NCBI GenBank assembly: GCA_013239625.1
Contig: MU054187.1
Location: forward strand, 12,193,325 to 12,257,324
Source of the DNA: Lama guanicoe
Taxonomy: Eukaryota
Direction of reading: 5' to 3'
DNA: 64,000 nucleotides
This document shows positions 51,892 to 64,000 of the stretch, piece after piece. Position numbers and translations under genes: made by a program. The stretch's first letter is position 1. Every line of letters starts with the position of its first letter. A model generated the notes under the pieces. That model was given only the letters and a program-made list of their open reading frames with translations. It was not told the origin of the DNA and did no database searches.

Positions 51892-54529
51892 CAAAAGCCA
51901 GGGAATTTCAGTTGATTGCCAGCTTAATATGAATCAACCAAATGACTTGATGCTAAAAATAACAAATATACTCAGATTATCTAAGAACAAAAGCAAAATT
52001 AGAAATCTGCAATTTGGACAGAAACATGAAATTCCATGTTGCTCAAAAACATAGAAATAATTGCCTGGGGAATTTAGTCAATGAACAGACACTACCCAAG
52101 ACTGTATTTAAATAAGCAGGGATATGTATGGGTCTGTGTGCATGTGTGCACGTGCGCACGCACATACTTGCTTATGTGTGTGTGTGTGGGGGGGGCAAAA
52201 CAGCTGGGGAGATGAAACATACATAGGTAAGAAAACATACTCAATGTGTTGAAAGGATATTTCAGAGAAGAGCTGTCTTGGGTGTTTGGTAATTATCACA
52301 CGTTGGATAGTGTATTTAGCACTACATTATTTTATTTAATTCTCAGCGTCCTACAAAGCAGATATTGTCCCTTGTCTTAGAGGAAAAAACAGATTCAAAG
52401 AAGTTAACTTACTTGTTCAAAATCTCAAAGCTTATACACTATGGCCCTAGACTTGAAACCAAGTTCTGATTGCAAATCCCATGCTCTTTCTACAATTCCT
52501 CACATTTTCTAATGAAAGCCACTAAATAACTATCTTAAAATATGTAACAGGAGAGCTGTTGATGATGGTACAGAGTAATGATCTAGTTAAAACATTATTG
52601 GAAAAAAGAACGTATCATCCTCGAAGTCTATGCGATGTCCATCCCTGGAGCCCTTCAGCTCTTAACATCGAGAGACAGATAAGACAGCTGACGCCGTAAC
52701 TCCTGGGTAAGGTCAGCATCTCCACGTGTAGTTAATTACTGACCTTCCAACATGAACTGAACAGAGGAACCACAAGTCACGACCTTACCAATGCTATGAT
52801 ATGAACGCATCAGATTTTTCATTCGCTCTTCTCAGCACCACCAGGGAAGTATGGGCTTTTCCTTTCCATTAATTTCTTTCTGAATTCTCACATCACGGTC
52901 ACACAGTTATCTGTGCATCATTTCCAGCCCTCAGCCTGGTCCCACTGCCCCAGGTCCTGACTGGACCAGCACTGAATGCAGTGAGTGCGTTGCTCACCGG
53001 AAGCACACTATACTGAACTAAGCTTAGACATTTAGGGCTGCACCAGGCCCCCAGAGGCTCAACTGGGCCCCACTTGTCTCCACACCCACAGCCCAGACTT
53101 GTAAACCAGTGGAACATCTGTTTTCAGCGTCTGGCAATAACTGGGTCGATTTCTCTTCCTCTGGTACATTCTGCTCATAATAACCCTTGTACAAGAAACA
53201 GCTTCCCCTTTACATCTGTTACCTTGTCTCTCCTCCTTCTTAATCCCTGGTGCCCTGATTAACATTTCCAGCCAAGTACGTTAGAAAATTATGTTCCAGA
53301 CTCTAATTACAACTGTCTTGAGGTTACCTGGTAGTTGAAATAATCTGGAAGGGACAGGAGATCAAACCAGGGAGGCCAGAAGAGGCGTCTGGAATGAGCC
53401 ATGATAGAAATTCTATTTCAACCTGAGCAGAGGTAGCTGTATATAACTCAATAATGGTTAACTTGGACAAACAAGTATCCTGGTTTATTATCTAAATGAA
53501 AGACTAATAAACTCTACAAACAACCAAGTAGAAAAGTCAGGGAATTTAAACTGGTCTTCTAATTTTAAATGTGAAGAACAGAAAAACACAAGAAGTCGCA
53601 CAGACCTTCTCAGTAAGCGTCACATAGTGCCGGACAATCCATGCCCCCGGCCCGTCCTAAGACCCTCGATGGGCTGTTACAAGGAAGCTTTCATCCGGCT
53701 CCTCTCACTGAAGACTCCACAACAACACCATGGGACACTGCTCCCCTGGCATCTGATCTGGGCATCTGGTCTAAGGCCACCCGGCAGTCTATGGGAGGAC
53801 CTCGGCACCAAGGTTCTATCTGGACAAAGATGGTGGTGATGGGCTGAGCAGCAGATTCTCAGGCTGTGGAATATGGAAGACAGAGCTGTTCTGTGGGCAG
53901 AGAGAGAAACTGAAAGGACACAGAGGAAGAAACCGCAGGATGATAAAGCGACAAGGTGCAATGAACAAGCCAGATGTGAAGCAGAGAAAAGATATGCATT
54001 GAGTGAGAGGAGGCTGGTTAGCAGAAGCACCTTTGGCTCCGGTCAACAAATACAGAATGGTTCTCAACCTTTCCTCCCCATAAATCGTAGCACATGCTCT
54101 GCTAGCCCAGATTTCCACAGTTGGACTATTAAATAGTCAGAGAAGCTCTCCACGTGGGCAAATTTGTGACCCAAGAGCTCTAACTCTATCCCTTCCCAAC
54201 CCTACGGGCATGGCCGACCTATTTCACTGCATCCCCTAACTTGGCCCCGAAGCAGGGCAAGCCTGGCCCCCGCCTCGGCTTCTGCTTTCACCATCTACCA
54301 GCTGTGTGGCCTTGCGAAAGGTACTTAACCTTTCTGAGCTTCAGCTTCCATGTCTGTAAAATCCAGAAATAATATTCACAAGCTTGTATAAAAATTAACT
54401 GAGCTCAAGGATAAAAGTTCATAGCCTGATATACAGAAATTACTTCATGTACGTCACCTGCCGTCATCAACATGGCCCCTGGTACCTGAAACACTCGGCT
54501 CTAGGACATACTCCACAAACAGCACCTTT

Positions 54530-54992
54530 GTTCCAACAAGGCACTGCTCTTGCCTTCTTGTCTGAGCTCTTACACTGTAAAACAAATGCTTTTTTTGCAG
54601 TGTATTGTGGGCCACATTTGTCAAGTTTTTGTGCTCTTTGCTGGTGATTTCCTGTTTCAAATGGCCCCCAAGCATGGCGCTGACGTGCCGTCTGGTGTCC
54701 TAAGCGCAGAAGGCTGTAATGTGCCTTACGGAGAAGATGCAGGTGTTAGACGAGCTTCCCTCGGCACGAGTCATAGAGCTGTTGGCCCAAAGTCCAACGT
54801 TAGTGAATCAACAATATATACTAAATAAGGTGTCTTTAAACAGAAACACACTCAAAATAAGGCTATACGTTGTGACCAGAGACTTGCAGGGACCTAACCC
54901 TGCACTCCCCTAGAAGCAATGGCTCAGTATTTGCTAATGCAGTGTTTGCCACGACTTACAGGACACAACTCCTGCAAACAAGAATCGTCTGT
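54530..54992 (-). mobile_element. TcMar-Tigger DNA transposon relic (MER82-like)
   Basis: Recalled consensus motifs gtgtctttaaacagaaacaca, gttgtgaccagag..ttgcagg.acctaaccctg and ctagaagcaatggctcagtatttgctaat; TIR-like end gaatcgtctgta. Confidence 0.7.
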
Positions 54993-54995
54993 AGT

Positions 54996-55100
54996 GGGTG
55001 GGGGTATAGCTCAGTGGTAGAGCATGTGCTTAGCATGTACGAGGTTGCATGAGGTCCTGGGTTCATCCCCAGTACTTTCATTTAAAAAAAAAAAAAAAAA
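54996..55100 (+). mobile_element. tRNA-derived SINE, camelid Vic-1-like
   Basis: GGGGTATAGCTCAGTGGTAGAGC (A box) ... GGGTTCATCCC (B box) followed by an A17 tail; about 100 bp; imperfect 16-bp TSD at 54980-54995 and 55131-55146. Confidence 0.85.
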
Positions 55101-55419
55101 GAAAGGCCCTGGTTTGGGGTGGGGGGGGAGAAGAATCGGCTGAAGTTCATTAAAGGTAGCACCTGGGAGTAGGTGAGAATGAGGCAGGAAGCTAGAAGGG
55201 TAGAGGCAGATCACGAAAGGGCCTTCATGTCCTACCAAGGAATGCAGAGATGCGGACTTCACAGCGCTCTAGTCTGGTTACTGATTAGAACACTGCGGGA
55301 AACACTGTGGGAAACGTCTATAGCTTCCTGCTTCTTGGTGTATCCCTCGCATCTGGCACAGGCGTATCACCTACAAGAACGCCTTTACACACACTGTCCT
55401 CTTGGCTCAGAGCAGCACT

Positions 55420-55710
55420 GACAACAGAAAATACTGTGGGTCACTAACAGTCTAGTAGCCATGGGGAATGTCAAAAGAAACAGGTGAAATTAAATTTGGT
55501 AATATATTTTAACGCATTATATCCAATACAGTATCTTTTCAACATGCAATCAAGATTCTAAAAATCATTAATGAGCTATTTAATTTCTTTTTGGCGGGGG
55601 GGGGAGGGACATTCTGTCTTCAAAATCTGAGTGCGTTTTGCAGTTCAGACTCGTCACATTTCAAATGGTCAAAAGTCACCTGTGGCTAGTGGCTCCCACA
55701 TGGGCAGTAT
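55420..55710. mobile_element. hAT-Charlie MITE (MER33/MER3-like)
   Basis: aaaagaaacaggtgaaattaa...tttcaacatgcaatcaa...cacatttcaaatg.tcaa.agtcacctgtggctagtggct. Confidence 0.7.
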
Positions 55711-58700
55711 AGAGTATCCCACACATCCTCCAGTGCCTGGCGATCAGCTCCTACTATTCTCATGAGAATCAGCTCAACCTTCACTTTCTCTGCTAAGTGT
55801 CCCCTGAGTAATCCTCTCCCCAGCCCTGGGGCAGTTACTCTTCTCTGTACTAGTGAAACACCTGATAAAATTTTACAACAAATAGTTGTTAAATAATGAA
55901 CAGGAGGAATTCAGTGCAAGAAGGAAACTGACTATTTTTGCATTTTAGAAATAAACCAACACACAGGATGGTTCATCAAGGGAGGACGAAGATAAACAAC
56001 AAAGCTCTATCCATACTTAACTTTCCCACTCATTTCCCCCTAAATCCAGTTACAAAAGTTTAGTGAGGGAAAGTCTTTCCCACCGTGAATACTGACAAGA
56101 AAGAGTGATGTCACCTAGGAAGAAATATGCTTGCTCACTATTAAAGTCTGAAGAAGTGTAAGTGATCCCTGTCTGAAATACTATGCACACAGGACTCCTC
56201 TCTAGGGAATCTGCATGGATGCAAAATGATTTACAACAAATCTTAAGTCAATGGCTTATATTCCAGGGGTGTTCTCAATGTCTCAATTCTTTCAACATTA
56301 AGATTATAGCATTTGGTGCACCTCACAAAACCTTTAAAAAATATATAAATAGTAATAACTAAGTTATCTTGAAAGTCAAAGCAAATGTATGTTTATATTA
56401 TATGACATTAGTGATTATTACAATACAAACTATAACCCTGCATGTTTACTATGAGTTGGGGAAACGAGTCATTGCTACAACTAAAATACACATCAGAAAA
56501 CGCCAAGGCTTACCCTCTTTAAGGCAAAGGACTGCAACACACGTGAGAGAAATGGGGAAGCCAACTGACTCCAAAATTTTCTCAGCATTTCTGACTGGTA
56601 ATTTTTAGAGTAAACACTGCAAGAGGCGCCCTGGAACCATTTGCTAGCTGTTGTGCAGGTTTTTTCACTAATTGAATTTTATATCCCTTTGGCTTCCAAA
56701 GAATTAAACTGTATGTAAAGTGGAGCCTAGTACCTTAATCCTGCCTAAATCTTCCCAAACTCTGACTTGCTCAAAAAAAAAAAAAAAAAAATCAAAAAAC
56801 TCCTAAGAATGTATTTCAGTGAGTTTTACAACACTGAATACTAAGATCATCTTTAATTCCATCTTTATCTACCCTATCTTTCCTACAAATTAAAAATCTC
56901 TCCAAGAAGCAAACCCCCTCAGTCTAACAAGATCAGGCCTGATTATAATATTTGTGGTTAATTATTGTGGCTGGAATTCTGAAGTGCAGCAGGATTTGCA
57001 AGCTAGTCATCTGGCTTGTTTAGACACTACCCTGACGTCAAAACTTGTGTCTTTTAACTCTCTTACTAAGACTGGGGTTCTCCCTCACGCCCTAACTTCC
57101 AGAAGTTATGATATTTTTAGATAGTTAAGATATTTTTAATACAATATATCAGTCATTTTATTAATGTGCATTAAAATCGGAAAGGACTGACATTTGATGT
57201 CCTAGAGAAAAACAACATGAGCAGGAACCAGAACTATTCTAGTTTAAAGGGAATGTAAGTAAAATGACTTTCTTCTGGTACGATGCAAAGGAAAGAGGAA
57301 CAGGTACAGGAGGACACCAGTTAAAACTACCAATCAAACCTGCTCAGGGAAAAGTCACTGACAGAGTCACCAGGAACATATGCTGGGATTGGCCAAACAA
57401 GTTTTACCAAAAACTCCTCGTAACAATTTAAAATTCCTGAGATATAAGATAATTACATTCATTGAGGTTGGATTCCAGTACTAGTTATGTTATCTTGTTA
57501 GTTTAAATATCTTATTTGCCTTTGTTTTCCCGAAGTGTTTCACAGCATGCCTTGTAATAGTAAGTGCTCAATAAAAACACTTTGAACTATTCCAAAATCC
57601 TTGGATCGCTTCAAAGGCTTTAGATAAGGCAGCAAAATAGTTTAAAAGCAAAAACAAAGAAAAACAAAGAAAGCCTAAACCATCTGGCTATAAAAATTTT
57701 ATTATTCAAAATTTTTAACATGGGATGGTTGAAACCAGTATGTAATTGTCTTATACCTTATTTATATAAGAATGTGGAAGAATCTTACAATTAAGAAATA
57801 AATTCCAGAATAATTAAAACCACAGGTAATCAATTGTTTATTTGAACCCAGCTGTCTTTTTATGTAGGTAGACTGAACTAAGGTGATCATGTGTGTTTTT
57901 TTTAAAGTCCCACTTAATAAGATTAATGATTTATTAAATTATATTGTGCTAAGATATGATTTGTAGATATTATAAGGAAGAGAATCTCCTGCACTTAGTA
58001 TAATTAAAAAAATATGTTTGAGCTGCTCTTACCATCTTTTCTTGTAAAAGATAATAAAAGAATGAATTCTTTGTAAACTGTTTATACGGTGCATAATAGC
58101 CTGATAGATTTCTTACTTCCTCCAATGTCAATTTTAAAAGAGAGATGTATACAATATAGTAATATATGTGGTTTGAAACATACACACACCTCAAGTTGGG
58201 CATATCTGTTCTAAATGAAAAACACATTAGTGAATTCATACCCCTGGTAACACTGTAAAATAGGTAACCCTTTTCAGATAAAGTTTATGATTATCTTTCA
58301 CCAATCTCAGATTTTTAAGCTCCAAGGTTAAGAGAAAGGTACAGACTGCTAAGAAAATTAAAAGCATTAGCATGAGCAAAAGTGGACAAGCACAGTCTGA
58401 AGACTAACTGAATGTTTTCAGCTTTCTGCATGTAGTGCCATAAGGATGTAATAAATCAGACAAAGTTACGTACTGTATGCAAGAAAAAATCATTCATTCG
58501 ACACCTCAACCAAATAGGAAAGATTTATTACCTAACCGAAATTTAGATAATTTCAAATTCACTGCAAAGCTCTTTTTAAAGCTTGAATTACAAAAGGACA
58601 TTGAAGAAAAATTAAGAGAGATACAAATTTAAAGCTTATATTTATTCCTTAATGAGTAAGATTTGCATTGGATTCTGCTTTGGAATTTCAGAAAATGCTT

Positions 58701-59474
58701 ACTAATACATTTCCTAAAACAAGCATGAGACTGTATTTGGCCACAGAGAGAAACTGCAAGAAACCTTTAGTCACTAAATAAACACAAAAGAAACAGGAAC
58801 CGGGAAGGAATCAATTTGGATCGCATTGTATCCATTTATTCCTGAGAACGTTATCACTGCCTGGCTGTCATGTTCAGCTCTCCCTCGACAACATGCACAT
58901 CCAATCCACAAGCACACAGAATTTCAAGAACATTACCAAATATTAAGTCAGAGCACTTGTGAAACACACCTGGTAATTGTCCACAGCCTCTGCAGTTCAA
59001 ACCAGAGCTCAGCAGCTTGTCTTTATCTTCACCAGTGACATACACAAGAATACCATACATCACTTCCAAAAAGAAAAAGAAAAAAAAAAACCCCACAATT
59101 AGCCATAAATGTATTGCCTCAGAGATAAATCTCCTCTGTTAACCCAAACCAACATCCTGCCTTGATGTAACCTGAGTGCACGCCCAGCGCCCAGCCGCTT
59201 CCCCCCTCTAGCACTTGTTTCTAACCATAGCTGACAAACTAGCCTCACAAATCCTTTTTTAGCTGCTGATCAGTCAGATCCCCCTTTGACAATCCAGCAT
59301 GGTGGAACACTCGAAAATTCTTCCTGCTTCTATTCTACTGCTTGCTCTAAAAACCAGTTTCCTTTTCATTGAGATAATAGCCTTTTCTGCAGTCACATGA
59401 CTCAAGCTACATTAGCAGAGCTTTATGATAATAGACCGAGTAAGCCTCTACCCCCTCCTGTTATTAAGGGGATG

Positions 59475-59520
59475 TCTCTCTCTCTCTCTCACACACACAT
59501 ACACACACACACACACACAC
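59475..59520. repeat. Compound (TC)n(AC)n microsatellite
   Basis: Directly visible. Confidence 0.9.
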
Positions 59521-60524
59521 GTGTGCACAATGCAAACATGCACTCATATACTGTGCTTAAAATTATTTATTCTTCTTGGAATTACCATAACAGACCAAGA
59601 AAAACTATACCCTATTGTGAAAATACTAACAATTTCTAGATCTGCTGCTAAAAATAACTGCTAAAAACAAACATTCTGATGCACGGTCTCCCTCTCAGGG
59701 GAATGCAGCTGGCTGGCCACGAACACTCCCCAGTGCACAGTCGATGAAGCGGGGCCGTCAGGGGGAAACGTGTCCTCCCCTGTTTCATAAGCTTTGCCCC
59801 CAGTGATACAAAGCTCAAAAATCTGGCATAATGAACACTCTGGAGACATCACAGCTATCCACACATTGGGAATTAGTCTCACGTATTAGTAAAACACATG
59901 TAAGCATACTTTTTAACATCAAAATGTATTCTTACTAGAAATATATCCTAAGAAATTTATAAGTGGTCCACAGAAGACAAATATTACCATGGCCAAAACA
60001 ATCTTAAAATATAATAATCAAAAGTTCTTTGGAGTCTGGCCAATTTGATCTATTTCCAATAAGCCATCAACTCTCAAAACACAAATGTGGAAATACCAGA
60101 TCAGTGCCTGACACATGGTGGTTCTCCGTAATTTTTTTTTTAAACGTCCTTGGTCACAAGTTGAAGTACTTGGGAAAGAGACAGCAGCAGACAACGTTAT
60201 CCGCTTAGTTCATTTTGGGTTATTCATAGTCAGTTTGTTTCATCTACCAATCAAGCAATCTGGGGAAGGAGTTTAAATGTAAGAATGTGCTGAGAAGTCG
60301 AAAGTGGAGAAAAAGACGGGTCAGAAAGAAAAAATACACTGAAGCACGACACACAACTGGGAGAGGGCAGCCACTACAAGACTAAAAGAGAGACACTGTT
60401 CGACCAAAGCCCGCAGACCCAGCTACAGTTCACATGTCCTGGTTTTACTTACTGCCTTGGTTTTCTCATCTTAGAAATAGAAAACATTGTATTTAATATT
60501 TTAAACTTCGTTTTGACCTTTTTG

Positions 60525-61000
60525 AAAAATTGAAGTATAGTCGGTTTACAATGCTGTGTTAATTCCTGGTGCACAGTATAGTGATTCAGTTAAACATACA
60601 TATATATTCCTTTTCATATTCTTTTTCATTATAGGCTATTATAAGATATTGAACAGAGTTCCCTGTGCTATACAGTGGGACCTTGCTGTTTGTCTATTTT
60701 ATATGTAGTAGTATCTGCAAATACCAAACTAAACTTGTAACTGTGGTAAAACACACCAGATTAAAACTCACCATTTTAAGCATACAGTTCAGGACCAGTA
60801 AGTCTATTCACACTGTTTTGCAACAGCTCTCCCGACCTTTTTCATTTTGCAAAACTGAAACTCTGCACCCATTAAACAACAACTCCCATTTCCCCTTCCC
60901 TCCAGGCCCTGGGCAAGAGCCACCACTTTCTGTTTCTATGAATTTAACCACTTTAGACGCCTCATGCAAGTGGAATCTGAAGTATTTGTTTGTGTGTGTG
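60525..61000 (-). mobile_element. Two adjacent antisense L1 3' fragments (artiodactyl type about 60525-60730, older L1MB type about 60735-61000)
   Basis: ttgaagtatagtcggtttacaatgctgtgtt...gttccctgtgctatacagt, then caaaactgaaactctgcacccattaaacaacaactcccatttcccc. Confidence 0.8.
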
Positions 61001-62304
61001 TAGATATTTTAAAGAATAATTATTTTAACACCTGGAGAGCAAGACCAAGAGTTTTCATCTCACACAATCATTTTACACTAACGGCACTATTCCTAAGCAA
61101 ACCAAGCCAAAATCATATTCTTGGAAACAGAAAACCCAAGAATCATGACAGTTCAACTAGACGGAGGGATTATTATCATATAAAAGTTCTCTCTACCAAA
61201 AACTCTGTAATTTCTCAGAACTAAAAGAATTTGATCATTCTAATTCTGAAACTGGAAGTTTACTCTCATCACCCACTCCACACATAAATAACTTGGGTAG
61301 GATGAAGCAGGTGTTTACTGATTCTCTTCAAGTCACTGGAAGGCATGCCAGCCGCCCTGGAAGACGGTCCTATCATCTCACCAAGCCTCCAGCGACCACA
61401 CAGGCATCAGCCAGCACAGCTTCAGCGAGGACCCGAGCGGAGAAATTCAGAGAATGTCGCAGACACTAAGAAAACATATTTAACGCTAGCACACGGGGAT
61501 ACTGCACCACAAAAAGCCAAAGCACAAAGATCCTTTAAAGTTATAATGATTTTAACAGCCACCCAAATATTTCCTCTGTGCACTCAAAATCTAAAGTCAG
61601 TAATTACCCAAGGCATCACAGGAAATTAATGTCTCATAGGAAACTAATCTCATAGCAGATATGAGAAAAAACTTTTTTTAAAGGAACAGCATAACAATTG
61701 CAGGGGTATGTTTTGTGAAATCCCCCCACCTAAGTTTGTTCTTTTTCTCTGTTCCCAGCATCATCAAACCTTTGGTTATGTTTAGGTCATGTCCATAGAG
61801 GTAAGGTGAAGTCACAGACACTCTAAAATTACCACTACGTGTCCTTTATTAACTACAATGGCGTTTTACGGATTATTTCTCAGCCAACCATGGGCAACGG
61901 CAAAATTCGCTGTGATTCGCTGATCAAATCCACCGCAGTAAGAAGATGTCTCCTGCCAAACGCTTCCAAGTAAAATGTCTTAATCCAGATTCTGTGCTTA
62001 CACGTCAAGATTTATTGCTGTTAGCAAATCTGTCCCTCTGTCGTGTCTTCGGCAGGCGAGCACACGTAGGTGGCACTGTCTAACCCCCTCCTGAGGGTTG
62101 CAGCAGAATCTTCCATTACCCATTGTAACCCCCTTTCTTCACTAGGGCAGCGGTGTTTACAAGGGAATTGGGACTGGATAATTTGTAAGGGTGTTTCTAG
62201 CTTTAATGTTTCTTTATGATGGTGGTCATACATATACAACTGTGATTCATTTCTTAAACCAAAAGCCTGGTGAGAGGTAAAACAGAGATTCAATAGAGTG
62301 ATGT

Positions 62305-63570
62305 TTTACTTTTCATAAATTGAGGCAAAATTTACATTCAGTGCAATAAACAGTTCTTAAGAGTAAAGTTCGAGAGTTCTGACAAATGAAAGCACCCAAA
62401 TCCACACTCCTATCAAGATATACATAACACTGTCAATACCCAGTAAAGCTCTCATGGGCCTCTTCTCAGGCAACCTGTGCCCCCTCCCTCCACCAACAAC
62501 ATCTACTCTTAATTTCTATTATCACAGATTAGTTTTGCTTTCTCTAAAACTTCGAATAAAGGGAATCATACAGTAAGTACTCTTCATGCTTCTTTCAGCA
62601 TAGTGTTTTTTAGATTATCCTTCTGACTGCATATATTAATAATTTGTCCCGTTTTAGCACTAAGGGTAATTCCACTGTATCAATAGATTATAGTTCATCT
62701 ATTCTCTGGTGGGCATTTCGGTTGTTTCCAACGGAGGGCTTGTGGTAAACAGAATTCTAAAATGCTTCTGAAAGATTTGCCCACCCCGCAAGGTACACAC
62801 CCTGCCTCCTCCCCAGCACTGTAAATACAATGGGTTTTCCCTCCAATGATTAGGTTATGTTATACTGCACAACTGCTTTCAAGATAGGAGATTACTGGGG
62901 AGGGCCTGGCCTCACCCTAACAAGTGTTCTCCGTCAGGCAGCAGCAGAAGTCAGAGTTCAAAGCACACGAAGGATTCAGTAGACTTTTGGTGATGTGAAG
63001 ATGGGGGAAACCACATGCCAAGGAATGCAAGTGACCTCTGGGAGCTGGGAGGGGCGCCCAGTCAACATGGAGCAAGCGAACAGGATCTCAGTCCCACAGC
63101 TGCAAGGTCCTGAATTCTGCCAGCAACAAGAACGAGCCGAGGGAGGAGCTTTCCCCCAACTGTCCAGGTGAGAACTCATTTTCGCTGACACCTTCATTTC
63201 ACCCTGGGCAGACAACCAGCCAACTCCATGCTCAATTTCTGCTCTACACGATGGTGAGCTAATAAGTGGGGGCTGTTTGTGGTAATCTGTTACTCAGCAA
63301 AAGAAAACTAATGGAGGGGGTAATTATATACAAGTTGCTACCAATACTCATGTCCAAGTCTTTTCACAGACATAAGTTTTCATTTCTTGTGGGTAAATAC
63401 CTGGGAGTGGAACTGCGGGCTCATGAATAAGTACATAGTTATAAGAAACTGTCGAACTGTTTTCCAAAGCAGCTTTACCAGTTTACACTCCCACCAGCCA
63501 TGCATGAGAGATCTGGGTGTCCCACCACCTCACCAACATTTGGCATTTGTTAGTCTTTTTAGTTTAACTG
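62305..63570 (-). mobile_element. Old L1 (L1MC/ME-like), antisense, split by a MaLR LTR
   Basis: L1 motifs at 62305-62740 (attgaggcaaaatttacattcagtg...gggcatttcggttgtttcca) resume at 63320-63570 (gggtaaatacctgggagtggaactgcggg...ttacactcccaccagc). Confidence 0.75.
62741..63316 (+). mobile_element. ERVL-MaLR solo LTR (MLT1D/E-like)
   Basis: Starts tgtggtaaacagaattctaa; contains ctgaattctgccagcaac and gctgacaccttcatttca; ends tttgtggtaatctgttactcagcaaaagaaaactaat. Confidence 0.8.
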
Positions 63571-63889
63571 AAGTCCTAAATGTGTTAGCAGCCTTCTCTA
63601 CATGTAGGGTGTAATCTGGGTCTGTTTCCTTCTCGGTAGAGTTTTTATAACATTTACAGCTAACAACACCGCATCAAGCCCTGTTTTGTATTCTCCGCCA
63701 GTGTCTCTTAAGGGTCAAGTTCCTCTCACTGGAGCATAAACATTGAAGGCACTGATCATGCCTTTATTCCTCTAAGTCCTCAATTTCATCTAGCCTAGTG
63801 CTGTATCTATAGATCACGTGGTCAAATTTATATACTGACATTTCTTTTTCCTTAAAATGGTAATTAAGTAGCAACATGAAAAAATGCTT

Positions 63890-64000
63890 TTGAAGAGGAC
63901 TTGGAATTACACTTTACTTTGAATCCATCACTAGATACACAACCTTGAGCAAGTTACTTAACCTCTCTGAGCCTTAAGGGCTCCTTATCTGTAGAGGGGG
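63890..64000 (+). mobile_element. MIR SINE (runs off the window end)
   Basis: accttgagcaagttacttaacctctctgagcct...ccttatctgta. Confidence 0.75.

Larger units (their letters stand above)
1..64000 (-). other. NCOA2: NCOA2 gene body, partial; 5' UTR exons and downstream coding exons lie outside the window
   Basis: Four minus-strand exons splice in frame into the recognisable p160 coactivator N-terminus [21 protein letters not shown]...KNLLPKSI. No further coding exon (expected VNGGSW...) seen in 1-2036. Confidence 0.97.

Noticed and set aside
53620..54140. Cluster of ORFs as a possible processed pseudogene
   Set aside because: No recognisable protein, poly(A) or TSD; more likely a decayed ERVL-type LTR, which I cannot assign confidently.
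55001..55075. Functional tRNA-Ala gene
   Set aside because: Internal duplication, degenerate stems, A tail and TSD indicate a SINE.
1..64000. Prokaryotic systems (CRISPR, operons, defence islands)
   Set aside because: Spliced mammalian gene with mammalian repeats; no repeat-spacer array or dense ORF structure.

Overview
This is mammalian nuclear DNA, not prokaryotic, and most likely camelid (alpaca/camel), judging from a Vic-1-like tRNA-derived SINE and a young artiodactyl-type L1 3' end. The whole window lies inside the NCOA2 gene (SRC-2/TIF2/GRIP1) on the minus strand. Four exons are supported by GT-AG sites and a continuous frame: 32921-32817 (start ATG at 32902), 30153-29981, 6318-6215 and 2214-2037. 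They encode the N-terminus, bHLH and the first part of PAS-A. The rest is intron filled with L1, L2, MIR, MaLR and DNA-transposon relics and microsatellites, and the other ORFs in the track appear spurious. I see no new multi-gene system. The best oddities are small: (1) a tailless 5'-half tRNA-Gly(TCC) retro-insertion with a perfect 17-bp TSD 66 bp from a splice donor; (2) a candidate poison or alternative exon whose consensus donor abuts a hairpin; (3) a 4-codon uORF whose stop overlaps the NCOA2 start; (4) an orphan polyadenylated retro-fragment inside an L1; (5) a weak real donor with stronger cryptic donors downstream. Repeat family names come from recalled consensus sequences and repeat boundaries are approximate. 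Exon numbers follow my recollection of the human gene.
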